Shown: positions 44,226-54,436 of the stretch, piece by piece
Layout of the letters: each line of letters opens with the position of its first letter
How positions within the stretch are numbered: position 1 is the first letter of the stretch
Assembly (NCBI GenBank): GCA_030536995.1
Contig: JAUNOY010000001.1
Coordinates: 35,274 to 99,273 of the forward strand
Direction of reading: 5' to 3'
Length of the DNA: 64,000 nucleotides
DNA from: Eubacteriales bacterium
GTDB lineage: Bacteria; Bacillota; Clostridia; Lachnospirales; Lachnospiraceae
Position numbers and translations under genes: made by a program
The notes under the pieces: model-generated
What the model saw: only the letters and a program-made list of their open reading frames with translations
The model's database searches: none
Told to the model about the DNA's origin: nothing

Positions 44226-46087
44226 TTCAAAACCTCACAATTTTCTATTGCCTGCCGAATATCAGGCGCGCTGAGTCCTATTTTTGTACGCAGGCTGTCC
44301 ACATTTCCCTGGGGTACGAAACGATCCCAGATTGCAGCCGTCAGCACTCTTGTCTCCGGATGGCAGGCTTCCATATATGCGGCTACGTGCTCACCGTATC
44401 CACCGTTTTTCACATTCTCTTCCACTGTGACAATCAGCCTGTGATTTCGGGAAAGCCTGTCCAGAAGCCCTGTGTCAAGAGGCTTTACAAATCTGGCATT
44501 TACAAATGTAGGCTCATAGCCGTCTTCACGGAGTCCCTGTACAACCTGCTGGCAGACAGGAATCATACTTCCTACTCCAACAACTGCGATTTCTTTTCCC
44601 TCTTCCAGAACCTCACTCCTGCCAAGCTCCAGTTCTGCCTGCTGCTCCGAAAGTCCCTGATATGCATTTCCTCTTGGATAGCGGATTGCGCAAGGACCGT
44701 CATACTTCACTGCAAATTCCAGCATATCTTCCAGTTCACGGGCATTTTTCGGAGCCATAACTACCATATTCGGCATCATGGAAAGATAAGAAAGGTCGAA
44801 ATTTCCCTGATGTGTTTCACCGTCTGCCCCTACCAGGCCTGCCCTGTCAACAGCAAAGATTACATGGAGTTTCTGCATACATACATCGTGGAGAATCTGA
44901 TCCACTGCCCTCTGCAAAAAGGAGGAATAGATTGCCACAACCGGAATCACTCCGCCGAGAGCCAGCCCTGCAGCAAAGGTAACAGCATGTTCTTCCGCAA
45001 TTCCCACATCAAAAAAGCGTTCCGGAAAATTTCTGGAAAAGCTTTTCAGCCCTGTTCCCTCTCTCATAGCTGCAGTAATTGCAGTCAGCTTTTTATTTTT
45101 TTCTCCGAGAAGCACCATCTTCTTTGAAAAAACATCCGTATAAGAAAGCGCATTCTGTGACGACAGAGGATTTCCGCTTTTAATCTCAAAAGGTCCTGTC
45201 CCATGAAATCTGTCCGGCTGAAGAGATGCGGGTTCATATCCCATTCCTTTTTTTGTCAGCACATGGACAACCACCGGACCTTCCACTCTTTTCGCTTCAT
45301 TCAAAAGCTTCATCATCTGACGCATATTGTGACCGTCCACAGGTCCAAGATAGGTCAGTCCCATATTTTCAAAAAGCATTCCCGGAATAATAAGCTGCTT
45401 AATGCTGCTTTTCGTCTTTCGCATGGTATCCACCACTGCAGTTCCTACCTTCGGAATCTTTTTCAGGGTTTTTGTCACATTCAGTTTCATCCCTGTATAA
45501 GCCTGAGCTGTCCGAAGAGCACTCAGATAAGTGGACATTCCTCCTACATTCCTGGAAATGGACATATTGTTGTCATTGATTATAATAATAAAATTTGTCT
45601 TCAGCTCCGCCGCATTATTCATGGCTTCATATGCCATACCTCCAGTGAGTGCACCGTCGCCGATAACAGATACCACATGATGTTTCTGACCAAGCAAATC
45701 CCTTGCTCTGACATATCCGAGCCCTGCAGAAATGGAGTTAGAGCTGTGTCCTGTATCAAAAGAATCACAGTCACTCTCACTTCGCTTCGGGAATCCGCTC
45801 AGTCCCCCTTCTTTACGAAGATTCTTAAATTCCTCTTTTCTGCCGGTAAGAATCTTGTGTGTATAAGCCTGATGCCCCACATCCCAGATCAGTTTATCCT
45901 GTGGGAAATCCAGCACATTGTGCAGGGCAAGAGTCAACTCTACCACTCCCAGATTCGATGCCAGGTGTCCTCCGGTCTCACTTACGGATTTAATAAGAAA
46001 CTCCCTTATTTCATCAGCCAGCAGTGGAAAATCAGCCAGTGGTATCTTGTGAATATCATTAGGCACCTTAATTTTTTCCAGAATCAT
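44222..46087 (-). CDS. dxs: 1-deoxy-D-xylulose-5-phosphate synthase
   Basis: 621 aa with the TPP motif GDGALTGGMAYEAMNN..NDN and transketolase-like domains. It overlaps the tlyA start by 4 nt. Confidence 0.97.
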   Translation of the reverse strand: MILEKIKVPNDIHKIPLADFPLLADEIREFLIKSVSETGGHLASNLGVVELTLALHNVLDFPQDKLIWDVGHQAYTHKILTGRKEEFKNLRKEGGLSGFPKRSESDCDSFDTGHSSNSISAGLGYVRARDLLGQKHHVVSVIGDGALTGGMAYEAMNNAAELKTNFIIIINDNNMSISRNVGGMSTYLSALRTAQAYTGMKLNVTKTLKKIPKVGTAVVDTMRKTKSSIKQLIIPGMLFENMGLTYLGPVDGHNMRQMMKLLNEAKRVEGPVVVHVLTKKGMGYEPASLQPDRFHGTGPFEIKSGNPLSSQNALSYTDVFSKKMVLLGEKNKKLTAITAAMREGTGLKSFSRNFPERFFDVGIAEEHAVTFAAGLALGGVIPVVAIYSSFLQRAVDQILHDVCMQKLHVIFAVDRAGLVGADGETHQGNFDLSYLSMMPNMVVMAPKNARELEDMLEFAVKYDGPCAIRYPRGNAYQGLSEQQAELELGRSEVLEEGKEIAVVGVGSMIPVCQQVVQGLREDGYEPTFVNARFVKPLDTGLLDRLSRNHRLIVTVEENVKNGGYGEHVAAYMEACHPETRVLTAAIWDRFVPQGNVDSLRTKIGLSAPDIRQAIENCEVLK

Positions 46088-46100
46088 TCGTATCCTTCTT

Positions 46101-47006
46101 TCATTTTCTGCGATTTACAAGTTTTGCAACAAGCAAATTCAGAAATTCATTTTTTTGTTCAAGGCTTTCCAGAAGACTTATCGCTTTCTCGGAAAACGTC
46201 GCAGATTCTCTCTTAGCGCCTTCCAGCCCAAAGAGCGTCACATAAGTAACCTTGTTATTTTTCTCATCGCTGTGAACCGGCTTTCCCAATTCCTCGCTGG
46301 TACTTGTCACATCCAGAATATCATCCTGAATCTGGAATGTAAGACCGATACCTCGTGCAGCCTCCTCTATAACTTTCACAGCTTCTTCCGGCGCTCCGGC
46401 AAGAACTGCACCTGTCATCATTGCACACTCAATAAGAGCTGATGTTTTATTTTGATAAATGTAATCCAGAACTTCTTTTTTTACCGGTTTGCCGTCATTT
46501 TCCACGTCCACACTCTGACCGCCGAGCATTCCATGAATTCCCGTCTTATCTGCCATAATACGAAGCGCTCTGATAACCCTGTCTTTTTCCTTTGTCATAT
46601 CAAAAGCAGTCAGCATTACCTCATAGGAATAATTCAGCAGCGCTACACCGCTTAACACACCCATTGCTTCTCCATATACCTTATGGGTTGTAAGCCGTCC
46701 TCTTCTGTAATCGTCATTATCAAGAGCCGGAAGGTCATCGTGAATCAGTGAATGCGTGTGAATCATCTCCATCGCAGCCATGAATGGCTCCACAACCTCT
46801 TCACTGCCCCCAAAAAGGCGATAAGTTTCCTGCATCAGCACAGGTCTTAAACGCTTTCCGCCTGCCAGCATACTGTAATTCATCGCCTGAGCCATCGTTA
46901 CAGCAAACCCTTCCTCTTTCGGAAGATATTTCTTTAAAACAGTTTCTGCTGCCTGTGTTCTCTTATTTAATTCCTCTTGAAAATTCACTAAATGTTCCAT
47001 CCTCAT
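46101..47006 (-). CDS. ispA: (E)-polyprenyl (farnesyl/geranylgeranyl) diphosphate synthase
   Basis: 301 aa with the first DDxxD in LIHDDLPALDNDDYRRG and the second in FQIQDDILD. Confidence 0.93.
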   Translation of the reverse strand: MRMEHLVNFQEELNKRTQAAETVLKKYLPKEEGFAVTMAQAMNYSMLAGGKRLRPVLMQETYRLFGGSEEVVEPFMAAMEMIHTHSLIHDDLPALDNDDYRRGRLTTHKVYGEAMGVLSGVALLNYSYEVMLTAFDMTKEKDRVIRALRIMADKTGIHGMLGGQSVDVENDGKPVKKEVLDYIYQNKTSALIECAMMTGAVLAGAPEEAVKVIEEAARGIGLTFQIQDDILDVTSTSEELGKPVHSDEKNNKVTYVTLFGLEGAKRESATFSEKAISLLESLEQKNEFLNLLVAKLVNRRK

Positions 47007-47205
47007 TCATCTGCAGCATCTTTTTTTCCACAGTGTCCAGTTTCCCGTTACAGAACTTCAGAAGCTCCATTCCCTGCTGATAGAGAAGGAAGGAATCCTC
47101 AAGGGAAGTCTCTCTGTCCTCAAGCTTCTGTGCCAGAATATCCAGTTCCTGAAATGCCTCCTCCAGGCTTAATTCCTCTTCCTGCGTATTCTTAATTTCC
47201 GCCAT
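46963..47205 (-). CDS. xseB: Exodeoxyribonuclease VII small subunit
   Basis: 80 aa from MAEIKNTQEE (ATG 47205, AAGGAGGAG RBS). The LEEAFQELDILAQKLE helix is typical of XseB. It overlaps the xseA stop by 14 nt. Confidence 0.88.
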   Translation of the reverse strand: MAEIKNTQEEELSLEEAFQELDILAQKLEDRETSLEDSFLLYQQGMELLKFCNGKLDTVEKKMLQMNEDGTFSEFSRGIK

Positions 47206-48412
47206 GAATCCTCTCCTCCTTTCTGATACTGCGTACCTCTGTTTCCATGCATCCATCAGTGACTGAAATGAACAGTCTGTCTCCGACCTTTGCCTGTTCT
47301 ACACTTGTCACTGCATTTTTATTTTTGTCCGCCACATAGGAATATCCCTGATTCAGCTTACGAAGAGGGGAAAGTCCGGTAAATCGCTCCAGATAAACTG
47401 CAAGCCTATGTCTTTTATCCCCGATTCTGCTCTCCATAGCTCCCTGAATTTCCTCTTCCAGATCAAGAAGCTTCTGTCGCATCTCCCTGATTCTGTTCTC
47501 CGGGCTTAAATACATAAATCTTGTCTTACAGGTGTCCAGCCTGCTCCTCTGTAAATCAAGTTTCCCCCATATGGCACGATGCAGCCGCTCCCCGTAAGAT
47601 GCCGCTGCCTCTACAATACTTCTGTAATCGTCCACTGCCAGCTCTGCCGCTGCCGAAGGTGTCGGCGCGCGGAGATCTGCCACAAAATCCGCAATGGTAA
47701 AATCTGTCTCATGTCCCACCGCAGATATTACCGGAGTTCTGCATTCAAAAATAGCGCGGGCTACGCTCTCTTCATTAAAAGCCCACAAATCCTCAATCGA
47801 CCCGCCGCCTCTTCCAACTATGATTACGTCCACTCCTGCCTCATCCAGCATATGGATTCCCTTCACAATGCTGTCAGCCGCGCCTTCCCCCTGTACAAGG
47901 GCCGGATAAAGAATAATCTGAAGATAAGGATTCCTTCTGTAAGAAATATTCCGGATATCCTGAACTGCCGCTCCTGTCGGGGCTGTCACTACGCCAAGGC
48001 GTCTGATAAATCTGGGAATCGGCTGCTTATATTCCTGCGCAAACATTCCCATATCCTCAAGCTCCTGCTTCAGGGCAAGGAATCTTACATACAGAGCGCC
48101 GGCTCCTTCCAGCGTAATCTCCTTTGCATAAAGCTGATAGCGTCCGTCCCTTTCGTAAACATCCACAGAGCCGCCCACAACCACCTTATCTCCGTCTTTC
48201 ATCCGAAAAGAAAGTCCTCTGCGCTGCCCTGCAAACATCACGCAGGTAAGAGTACCTGCCTCATCCTTAAGGGAAAAGTAGACATGTCCGCTGGTATGGT
48301 ATTTACAGTTGGATACTTCTCCCTTCACATAAACCTTCTGCAGAAAAAAATCCTGTGTGAACATATTCTTTACATAGCGGTTCACCTGTCCTACAGAATA
48401 AACATTTTTCAT
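47192..48412 (-). CDS. xseA: Exodeoxyribonuclease VII large subunit
   Basis: 406 aa with an N-terminal OB fold (VKGEVSNCKYHTSGHVYFSLKD) and the GRGGGS..DLWAFN catalytic core. Confidence 0.95.
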   Translation of the reverse strand: MKNVYSVGQVNRYVKNMFTQDFFLQKVYVKGEVSNCKYHTSGHVYFSLKDEAGTLTCVMFAGQRRGLSFRMKDGDKVVVGGSVDVYERDGRYQLYAKEITLEGAGALYVRFLALKQELEDMGMFAQEYKQPIPRFIRRLGVVTAPTGAAVQDIRNISYRRNPYLQIILYPALVQGEGAADSIVKGIHMLDEAGVDVIIVGRGGGSIEDLWAFNEESVARAIFECRTPVISAVGHETDFTIADFVADLRAPTPSAAAELAVDDYRSIVEAAASYGERLHRAIWGKLDLQRSRLDTCKTRFMYLSPENRIREMRQKLLDLEEEIQGAMESRIGDKRHRLAVYLERFTGLSPLRKLNQGYSYVADKNKNAVTSVEQAKVGDRLFISVTDGCMETEVRSIRKEERIHGGN

Positions 48413-48816
48413 TCTTCTACGCGGGCAATTTTACCCAGAATACCATTTACAAAAGAACCTGATGCCTCGCCTCCGAAGCGTTTCGCAAGCTCTACCGCCT
48501 CATTGATGGCAACGCCTGTAGGAACATCAGTATCGAATTTCAGCTCGTAAACAGCCAGACGAAGAGCAGTTAAATCCACACGGCTCATACGTTTCGTCTT
48601 CCAGCCCTTACTTGTCTCGTTAAGAAGCTCATCAATCTCTCCCAGATGTTCCAGCACATTTTTATATTTTTCACTCATGTATTCCGTATCTTTTTCTTCT
48701 ATTTCTTCCAGGCTGTCGAAATACATGGCAAGCTGCTCATCCATCTCTTCCTCAGAATTAAATTCAGCCATAAATAATAGTTTAAAGATATGTTCTCTCT
48801 GTTCTCTTCTACGCAT
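48409..48816 (-). CDS. nusB: Transcription antitermination factor NusB
   Basis: 135 aa with R.REHIFKLLF and the AINEAVELAKRFG motif. Confidence 0.93.
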   Translation of the reverse strand: MRRREQREHIFKLLFMAEFNSEEEMDEQLAMYFDSLEEIEEKDTEYMSEKYKNVLEHLGEIDELLNETSKGWKTKRMSRVDLTALRLAVYELKFDTDVPTGVAINEAVELAKRFGGEASGSFVNGILGKIARVEE

Positions 48817-48864
48817 ATATCCTCCTAGTACCAGTTCGTCTTTTATATAGAAAAAAGGAAAGGG

Positions 48865-49251
48865 TTACTTTCCTTTTTCATTCTCCATATCTACACTGAC
48901 AATGCGGATGTTTACATCTGCAACTTCAAGTCCTGTCATATTCTCAATGGATGATTTTACCTTCTCCTGAACCTTCTTGCTTACTTCCAGAACATTCCTT
49001 CCGTACTCAATATTCAAGTTCAGATCTACTGTGACTACACCCTCAAGAACGGTGACTCTCACACCTCTGGACAGGTTCTTCATACCAAGCTTGCTTACCA
49101 GCTCATTGGTAATATGACCTGCCATGGATGCAACACCTTCCACTTCTGTCGCTGCCAGACCAGCCACGATTGCAACTACTTCATCTGCAATGTGAACTTC
49201 ACCAACACCGCCTAAGTCCTGTATTTTATATGTTGTTCTCTTTTCTGTCAT
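48865..49251 (-). CDS. Asp23/Gls24-family envelope stress (alkaline shock) protein
   Basis: 128 aa. The pattern V.I.DEVVA.IAG.AA.EV.GV is typical of Asp23. Its position before nusB matches B. subtilis yqhY. Confidence 0.88.
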   Translation of the reverse strand: MTEKRTTYKIQDLGGVGEVHIADEVVAIVAGLAATEVEGVASMAGHITNELVSKLGMKNLSRGVRVTVLEGVVTVDLNLNIEYGRNVLEVSKKVQEKVKSSIENMTGLEVADVNIRIVSVDMENEKGK

Positions 49252-49377
49252 GTGAAAACCCTCCTACAGATTTATTTATAACCGGTAATCGCTGTACCTT
49301 CACAGTTTTATAATCTTTGTATATTATACCAAATAGGCGAATAAAATAAAAGGGTTATTTCATTATTTCCAATTTCA

Positions 49378-50967
49378 TTATTTGCTGAATTCTGTCAGCA
49401 CAAGACCAGGATTTCGGTCAAGGGTCATTCCCACGCTCCATGCATTCACCCAAAGGAGAAGTGGATTGCCTTTCAGGTCTGTTACTTTCTTCATATCTGA
49501 TGTTCCGACAATCTTCTCCACATTGACTTCCTCTTTATTCGCAATCCAGCGGATATGCTCATAAGGCAGGTTCTCCAGACGGATTTCCACATTGTACTCG
49601 TTCTCCAGACGGTATTTCAGAACATCGAACTGCAGCACGCCGACTACTCCAACGATAATTTCCTCCATACCTGTATTAAACTCCTGAAAAATCTGAATTG
49701 CACCTTCCTGCGCAATCTGATTAATACCTTTTACAAACTGTTTACGCTTCATGGTATCAAGCTGGCGCACTCTGGCGAAATGCTCCGGCGCAAAGGTAGG
49801 GATTCCCTCGAACGCAAACTTTTTGCCCGGCGCGCAGATCGTATCGCCGATGGAAAAAATACCCGGGTCAAAAACGCCGATAATATCGCCTGCGTAAGCC
49901 TCATCTACAACGTGACGGGATTCCGCAATCATCTGCTGCGGCTGAAGAAGACGCATTTTTTTGTCTCCCTGAACGTGGTATACCTCCTGAGATGCGTCAA
50001 ATTTGCCGGAGCAGATACGCATAAACGCAATTCTGTCTCTGTGGGCTTTATTCATATTTGCCTGAATTTTAAACACAAAAGCTGAAAAGTCATCGTCCAT
50101 CGGGTCGACTTCTCCGCAGTCTGCCATTCTCGCAAGAGGAGAGGATGTCATCTTGAGGAAATGCTCAAGAAAAGTCTCCACACCGAAGTTTGTAAGCGCA
50201 GAACCAAAAAATACAGGAGTCAGTTCTCCTTTGCTTACAAGCTCCATATCGAACTCTGCGCTGGCTCCGTCCAGAAGCTCGATTTCATCCAGAAGCTGCT
50301 CCTTCTGATCCTCATCCATAATCTCATCAATGCGGCTGTCGTCCAGATCAATTTCTTCAATGACACCTTCTTTTGTACCCTTCTGGGTATCAGAGAAAGT
50401 CAGCACCTTCTTCATATCACGGTCGTATACACCGCGGAATTTCTTACCTGATCCAATCGGCCAGTTAATCGGGCAGGTAGCGATTCCCAGTTCCTTCTCA
50501 ATCTCATCAAGAAGGTCAAAGGTATCGTTTGCATCCCTGTCCAGCTTATTGATAAAGGTAAAAATCGGAATATGGCGCATTACACATACTTTAAAAAGCT
50601 TTCTTGTCTGCGCCTCAACACCCTTGGAAGCATCAATGACCATGACTGCGGAATCTGCTGCCATAAGAGTACGGTAGGTATCCTCGGAGAAATCCTGATG
50701 GCCCGGTGTATCCAGAATGTTGATGCAGTAGCCGTCATAGTGGAACTGCAGAACAGAAGATGTTACAGAAATACCTCTTTCCTTTTCAATTTCCATCCAG
50801 TCTGAAACTGCATGGCGGGCGGTTGCCTTGCCTTTTACACTTCCGGCAAGATTGATAGCTCCGCCATACAGCAGGAATTTTTCTGTTAATGTAGTTTTAC
50901 CTGCGTCAGGGTGAGAAATGATGGCAAATGTTCTTCTCTTTTCTATTTCTTTCGTATACTTCGACAC
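49378..50967 (-). CDS. prfC: Peptide chain release factor 3
   Basis: GTPase with RRTFAIISHPDAGKTT, DTPGHQDF and NKLD motifs. GTG start at 50967 follows TAGGAGG by 6 nt. The ORF extension to 51009 has no RBS. Confidence 0.93.
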   Translation of the reverse strand: MSKYTKEIEKRRTFAIISHPDAGKTTLTEKFLLYGGAINLAGSVKGKATARHAVSDWMEIEKERGISVTSSVLQFHYDGYCINILDTPGHQDFSEDTYRTLMAADSAVMVIDASKGVEAQTRKLFKVCVMRHIPIFTFINKLDRDANDTFDLLDEIEKELGIATCPINWPIGSGKKFRGVYDRDMKKVLTFSDTQKGTKEGVIEEIDLDDSRIDEIMDEDQKEQLLDEIELLDGASAEFDMELVSKGELTPVFFGSALTNFGVETFLEHFLKMTSSPLARMADCGEVDPMDDDFSAFVFKIQANMNKAHRDRIAFMRICSGKFDASQEVYHVQGDKKMRLLQPQQMIAESRHVVDEAYAGDIIGVFDPGIFSIGDTICAPGKKFAFEGIPTFAPEHFARVRQLDTMKRKQFVKGINQIAQEGAIQIFQEFNTGMEEIIVGVVGVLQFDVLKYRLENEYNVEIRLENLPYEHIRWIANKEEVNVEKIVGTSDMKKVTDLKGNPLLLWVNAWSVGMTLDRNPGLVLTEFSK

Positions 50968-51063
50968 GTTTGGCCTCCTAAAAACTATATCTTTCATCGT
51001 AATAATCATTTTGACTCTTTATTCTATTATATAGAAGGCTTGACTGTCAAGGGGCTTTCACCA

Positions 51064-51768
51064 CTATTCAACCTGTTCCTCATAAATCACATCGGAATCA
51101 GCAGCCTCTGTATCTGACTCCGCCTCTGTTCCCTCCGCTGTATCCTCACTGCTCTCACTAAGAGGTGTAATTACAATCTGTTCTGCCGCTATCCCTGTTT
51201 TACGTTTCACAATATCCTCAATCTGCGCACGCTGCGCCAGAGAAAGCTGACTGTCCGGCACCACGATATCTGCCGTCTCTCCTGTCAAATTCACAACTAC
51301 ATTCTGAAATCCCTTTGCTTCAAGAAGAAGCTCTGCCGCCGCCTCTTTTTCTGTCAGCTCTGTCATGGAAACCATTGTATTGACCGCAGTCTGCTTCTGT
51401 TCATCCTGAAGTTCCTGGTTATTGATAATATCCTGTAAATCTGCTTTGTTCTGCGAACGAATCTGTTCTCTGCTCAAACGAGCCTGGGCTGCAAAATTCA
51501 TAGAACCTGTAAGTACGGCTTCTCCCGGAGTTTCTGTCTGCTGTCCTTCCATATCCTCAAGACTGCCATCTGCCCCGTTCTCATCCAGAAGGGCTGTTTC
51601 ATCTGTCAAGTCAAAATCCACATCCTCCAGGATGCTGCTTCCCTCTGTACTTACTTCCTGATCCTTAAGTCCCAGATCCACATCTGCGAAATTCAGATAT
51701 CCCGCCACAGCGATCAGAATCGCAAGAGATGTGATAATCATCTGATTCTTTTTCATAATTTTTTTCAC
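51064..51768 (-). CDS. spoIIIAH: Stage III sporulation protein AH
   Basis: 234 aa with an N-terminal TM helix, an acidic linker and a C-terminal YscJ/FliF-like region (FAAQARLSREQ..). It is the last gene of the spoIIIA operon. Confidence 0.8.
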   Translation of the reverse strand: MKKIMKKNQMIITSLAILIAVAGYLNFADVDLGLKDQEVSTEGSSILEDVDFDLTDETALLDENGADGSLEDMEGQQTETPGEAVLTGSMNFAAQARLSREQIRSQNKADLQDIINNQELQDEQKQTAVNTMVSMTELTEKEAAAELLLEAKGFQNVVVNLTGETADIVVPDSQLSLAQRAQIEDIVKRKTGIAAEQIVITPLSESSEDTAEGTEAESDTEAADSDVIYEEQVE

Positions 51769-51779
51769 GCCTGCTCTCC

Positions 51780-52175
51780 TTATTTCAATTTCATTACTTT
51801 GATTTTATGAGCTTCCACTTGAAATAATGCCTGGACAGCCTCCTGAATCTCCCTGACTACAACAGGACGGTCTGCCCCCTCTGCTGCAATGAGCACCCCT
51901 GTCACCTTCGGCGTTCCGGAATAATAAAAGCCGCCTGCATCTTTTTCTTCATCTGCCATCACCATAGCCTTCACCTCTCCTACCCCCTCCACTTCCGACA
52001 AAAGGGCTCTCAGTTTCTCTTCAAGAACTGTATTTTCCTCCTGATGCACACTTTCCTGCTGCGCCTTCTTTTCTTCTTTATGGGATACCGGAAGAGCTGC
52101 CACTGCCAGAAGCAGTCCCAACAGAAGAAACACTACCCACTGTCCGGTTCCCAGGTTCCGAAATTTTAATTTCAT
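51780..52175 (-). CDS. spoIIIAG: Stage III sporulation protein AG
   Basis: 131 aa from MKLKFRN (ATG 52175, GAAGGAGAG RBS). It has a TM helix and a conserved C-terminal VTGVLIAAEGA....REIQEAV region. Confidence 0.8.
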   Translation of the reverse strand: MKLKFRNLGTGQWVVFLLLGLLLAVAALPVSHKEEKKAQQESVHQEENTVLEEKLRALLSEVEGVGEVKAMVMADEEKDAGGFYYSGTPKVTGVLIAAEGADRPVVVREIQEAVQALFQVEAHKIKVMKLK

Positions 52176-52644
52176 ACTCTCCTTCCCCGATCTCGCAATC
52201 TTCCAGAAGTCCATCCCTGATTCCCCTTTCTTCCTGAGGGGTCGGCTTTTTTTCCAGACACAGAACTGCCTTTAAGTTCTCCCCTTCTATATTTACTTTT
52301 ACTTCTGCCAAACCTATGCCTCTTTTTTTCAGAGACGCTCCGATTTTTTTCTCAAGCTCCAGCTCATACCCATTCTCCAGGTAGATTTCCTGAAGATTGG
52401 CAAATTCCTCCTGCTCCCGTATCCTGTTTTCTTTTGCAAAATTCGCTCTGAAGCTTTCCATCAGATTCCCCCCCTGACCTAACAGAGAAAAAACAGGAGT
52501 GCTCATCATAAAGAGCAGCAGAAGCCCCATAAAAAAACGGACATACTTCTCATATTTTCCATCCGGTACCAGATGTATGGCTGCGGATAACAAAATATAA
52601 AAGACCGCAATATTTTTTACCCACTGATATAATTCCTCTTTCAT
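52078..52644 (-). CDS. spoIIIAF: Stage III sporulation protein AF
   Basis: 188 aa with two N-terminal TM helices. Position matches spoIIIAF. Its 3' end overlaps spoIIIAG by 98 nt. Confidence 0.75.
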   Translation of the reverse strand: MKEELYQWVKNIAVFYILLSAAIHLVPDGKYEKYVRFFMGLLLLFMMSTPVFSLLGQGGNLMESFRANFAKENRIREQEEFANLQEIYLENGYELELEKKIGASLKKRGIGLAEVKVNIEGENLKAVLCLEKKPTPQEERGIRDGLLEDCEIGEGEYEIKISEPGNRTVGSVSSVGTASGSGSSSGIP

Positions 52645-52653
52645 AAATTTTCC

Positions 52654-53823
52654 TTATCCCGTTCCCGCCATCAAAACCAGAAATGTCAGCATACACAGAG
52701 CTTCCGCAGTAATCAGAATCCGAAGCAAAATGGCGCATCCTTCCCCGAAGGTACTTAAAGCGCCCACAATCCTTTTGTCAGATACCGGCTGTGCAAGCGC
52801 AGCCAGAAACCGATACGAAAGGGAAAGCATTCCCAGATGTACCAATGGATGGATTCCTATGAGAATCAGCACAATGAGCACTGCCACACCGAAGCTGTTG
52901 CGCACCAGCACAGCGCTTGTCAGTATCAGCTCTGTAACTGTATTCACCGCATTTCCGATTCCGGGAATAGCGCCCGCAGTCTTTCCCAGGGCGCTTCGTT
53001 TCAGGGAGTCCATCACAGGCGCGATCAAATTTTTTACAACCTGAAGACCAAGGGCAAAGCCTATCAGGGTTTTTAATCCCCAGTTTATTGCCGTTTCCAG
53101 CAGTTCAGCCATCTTACTGAGCATTTCCTCCCTCGACAGGTGATTTACCAGCTTCAGAAGAATATATAAATTTGTTCCCGGCAGAAGAATCGTGAGCAGA
53201 ACCCATTGAATCATCCATACAAGAAGGAGAACTCCCTCATAGAAAACAGCTGCTGTACAGGCTCCCCCTGCCGCTGCCACAGTCATAAAATAAGCAGGAG
53301 CCAGAACCTCCATAAACTTCGAAAGCCTGAAAAGATTTTCCGAAAGACTGCTGCCAAGAACAGAAAAATTCTCCATAAGCATCATAAAAAGAAGCAGATA
53401 TACCGCATAAAAGCTTACTGTCCCAATCTGCCCGTTTTCAAATATATCTGCAAAATTTGAAAAAACTGCCGCCAGAAGGACCAGAAGAAGAATTCTGAAA
53501 AACGTCCCCTTCTCCCGTTCATATCCGGAGAAAAAAAGACCGCGCAGAAGTTCCCACGCCGCCTCTTTTGAAAGGACTTCTTTTCCTGTCATCAGTTTTT
53601 TCAGTGCTTCTTTGAAAGAAAAGTCATTCTTTCCAAGCATATCGTCTATCATGTTCTGGACTCCCTCAAGCTCCAGACTGTCAATCAGTTCTTCCTCCAG
53701 TTCCACAGTAAAAGAAGATTCTTCTCCTCCCTCAGTCTGTCCTGTCTCTGAAGCCCTTGCCTCCGTCCTTACAAACATAACGATACAGAGCACAGCCACC
53801 CATATCTCCAGCCGCCTTATCAT
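52654..53823 (-). CDS. spoIIIAE: Stage III sporulation protein AE
   Basis: 389 aa with a signal-like N-terminus followed by a polytopic membrane domain. Position and size match spoIIIAE. Confidence 0.85.
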   Translation of the reverse strand: MIRRLEIWVAVLCIVMFVRTEARASETGQTEGGEESSFTVELEEELIDSLELEGVQNMIDDMLGKNDFSFKEALKKLMTGKEVLSKEAAWELLRGLFFSGYEREKGTFFRILLLVLLAAVFSNFADIFENGQIGTVSFYAVYLLLFMMLMENFSVLGSSLSENLFRLSKFMEVLAPAYFMTVAAAGGACTAAVFYEGVLLLVWMIQWVLLTILLPGTNLYILLKLVNHLSREEMLSKMAELLETAINWGLKTLIGFALGLQVVKNLIAPVMDSLKRSALGKTAGAIPGIGNAVNTVTELILTSAVLVRNSFGVAVLIVLILIGIHPLVHLGMLSLSYRFLAALAQPVSDKRIVGALSTFGEGCAILLRILITAEALCMLTFLVLMAGTG

Positions 53824-54206
53824 ACAAGGAACTCCTGTATTGTTTCAAGAAGCGCCAGAAGAACCGGCATACTTAAGACCATCACGGACAACTTGCAGAA
53901 CAGTTCAATCTGGCTTCCGATAGCCTGATAGCCCGCATCCTTACATATGGAGGATGAAAACTGCCCAATATAGGTAATTCCAATCATTTTTACCAGAGTG
54001 GAAATATAATTTCCGTCTATGGGAAGACTTTCTCTGATTTTATCCAGTGTGTGAAAAAGGTAAGTGACTTTCCCCACGGCAAGCCCAAGTATCAAAAGAC
54101 CGATTGCCATGGTAATAAAAGAGGCGTACTCCGGTTTTGTACTTTTCAGCAAAAAGCCAAGCATCACACCGCACACGCCAAGAAGTGAAATTTTTACAAT
54201 ATCCAT
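53820..54206 (-). CDS. spoIIIAD: Stage III sporulation protein AD
   Basis: 128 aa with 4 TM segments. Operon position matches spoIIIAD. Confidence 0.85.
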   Translation of the reverse strand: MDIVKISLLGVCGVMLGFLLKSTKPEYASFITMAIGLLILGLAVGKVTYLFHTLDKIRESLPIDGNYISTLVKMIGITYIGQFSSSICKDAGYQAIGSQIELFCKLSVMVLSMPVLLALLETIQEFLV

Positions 54207-54224
54207 AGATTCCGGCTGCCTCCT

Positions 54225-54419
54225 TTACAATATGAAAAGCTGTTTTATGCTCTCGAACAGCTCATAAATGTAGGGCACAATCCAGAATAGCACCATCAAA
54301 AGCCCCGCAAGGCTTACAAGAAACGCCTGCTCCTCCCTTCCGCTGTGTTTCAGAACCTGGGAGAGAACGGAGACCAGAATTCCCACTGCCGCGATTTTAA
54401 AAATAATACTGACCTCCAA
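54225..54419 (-). CDS. spoIIIAC: Stage III sporulation protein AC
   Basis: 64 aa, two TM segments. TTG start at 54419 lies 5 nt after AAAGGAGGA (a GTG at 54422 is also possible). The ORF-track extension to 54491 overlaps spoIIIAB and is rejected. Confidence 0.8.
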   Translation of the reverse strand: MEVSIIFKIAAVGILVSVLSQVLKHSGREEQAFLVSLAGLLMVLFWIVPYIYELFESIKQLFIL

Positions 54420-54436
54420 CACATCCTCCTTTCTTC

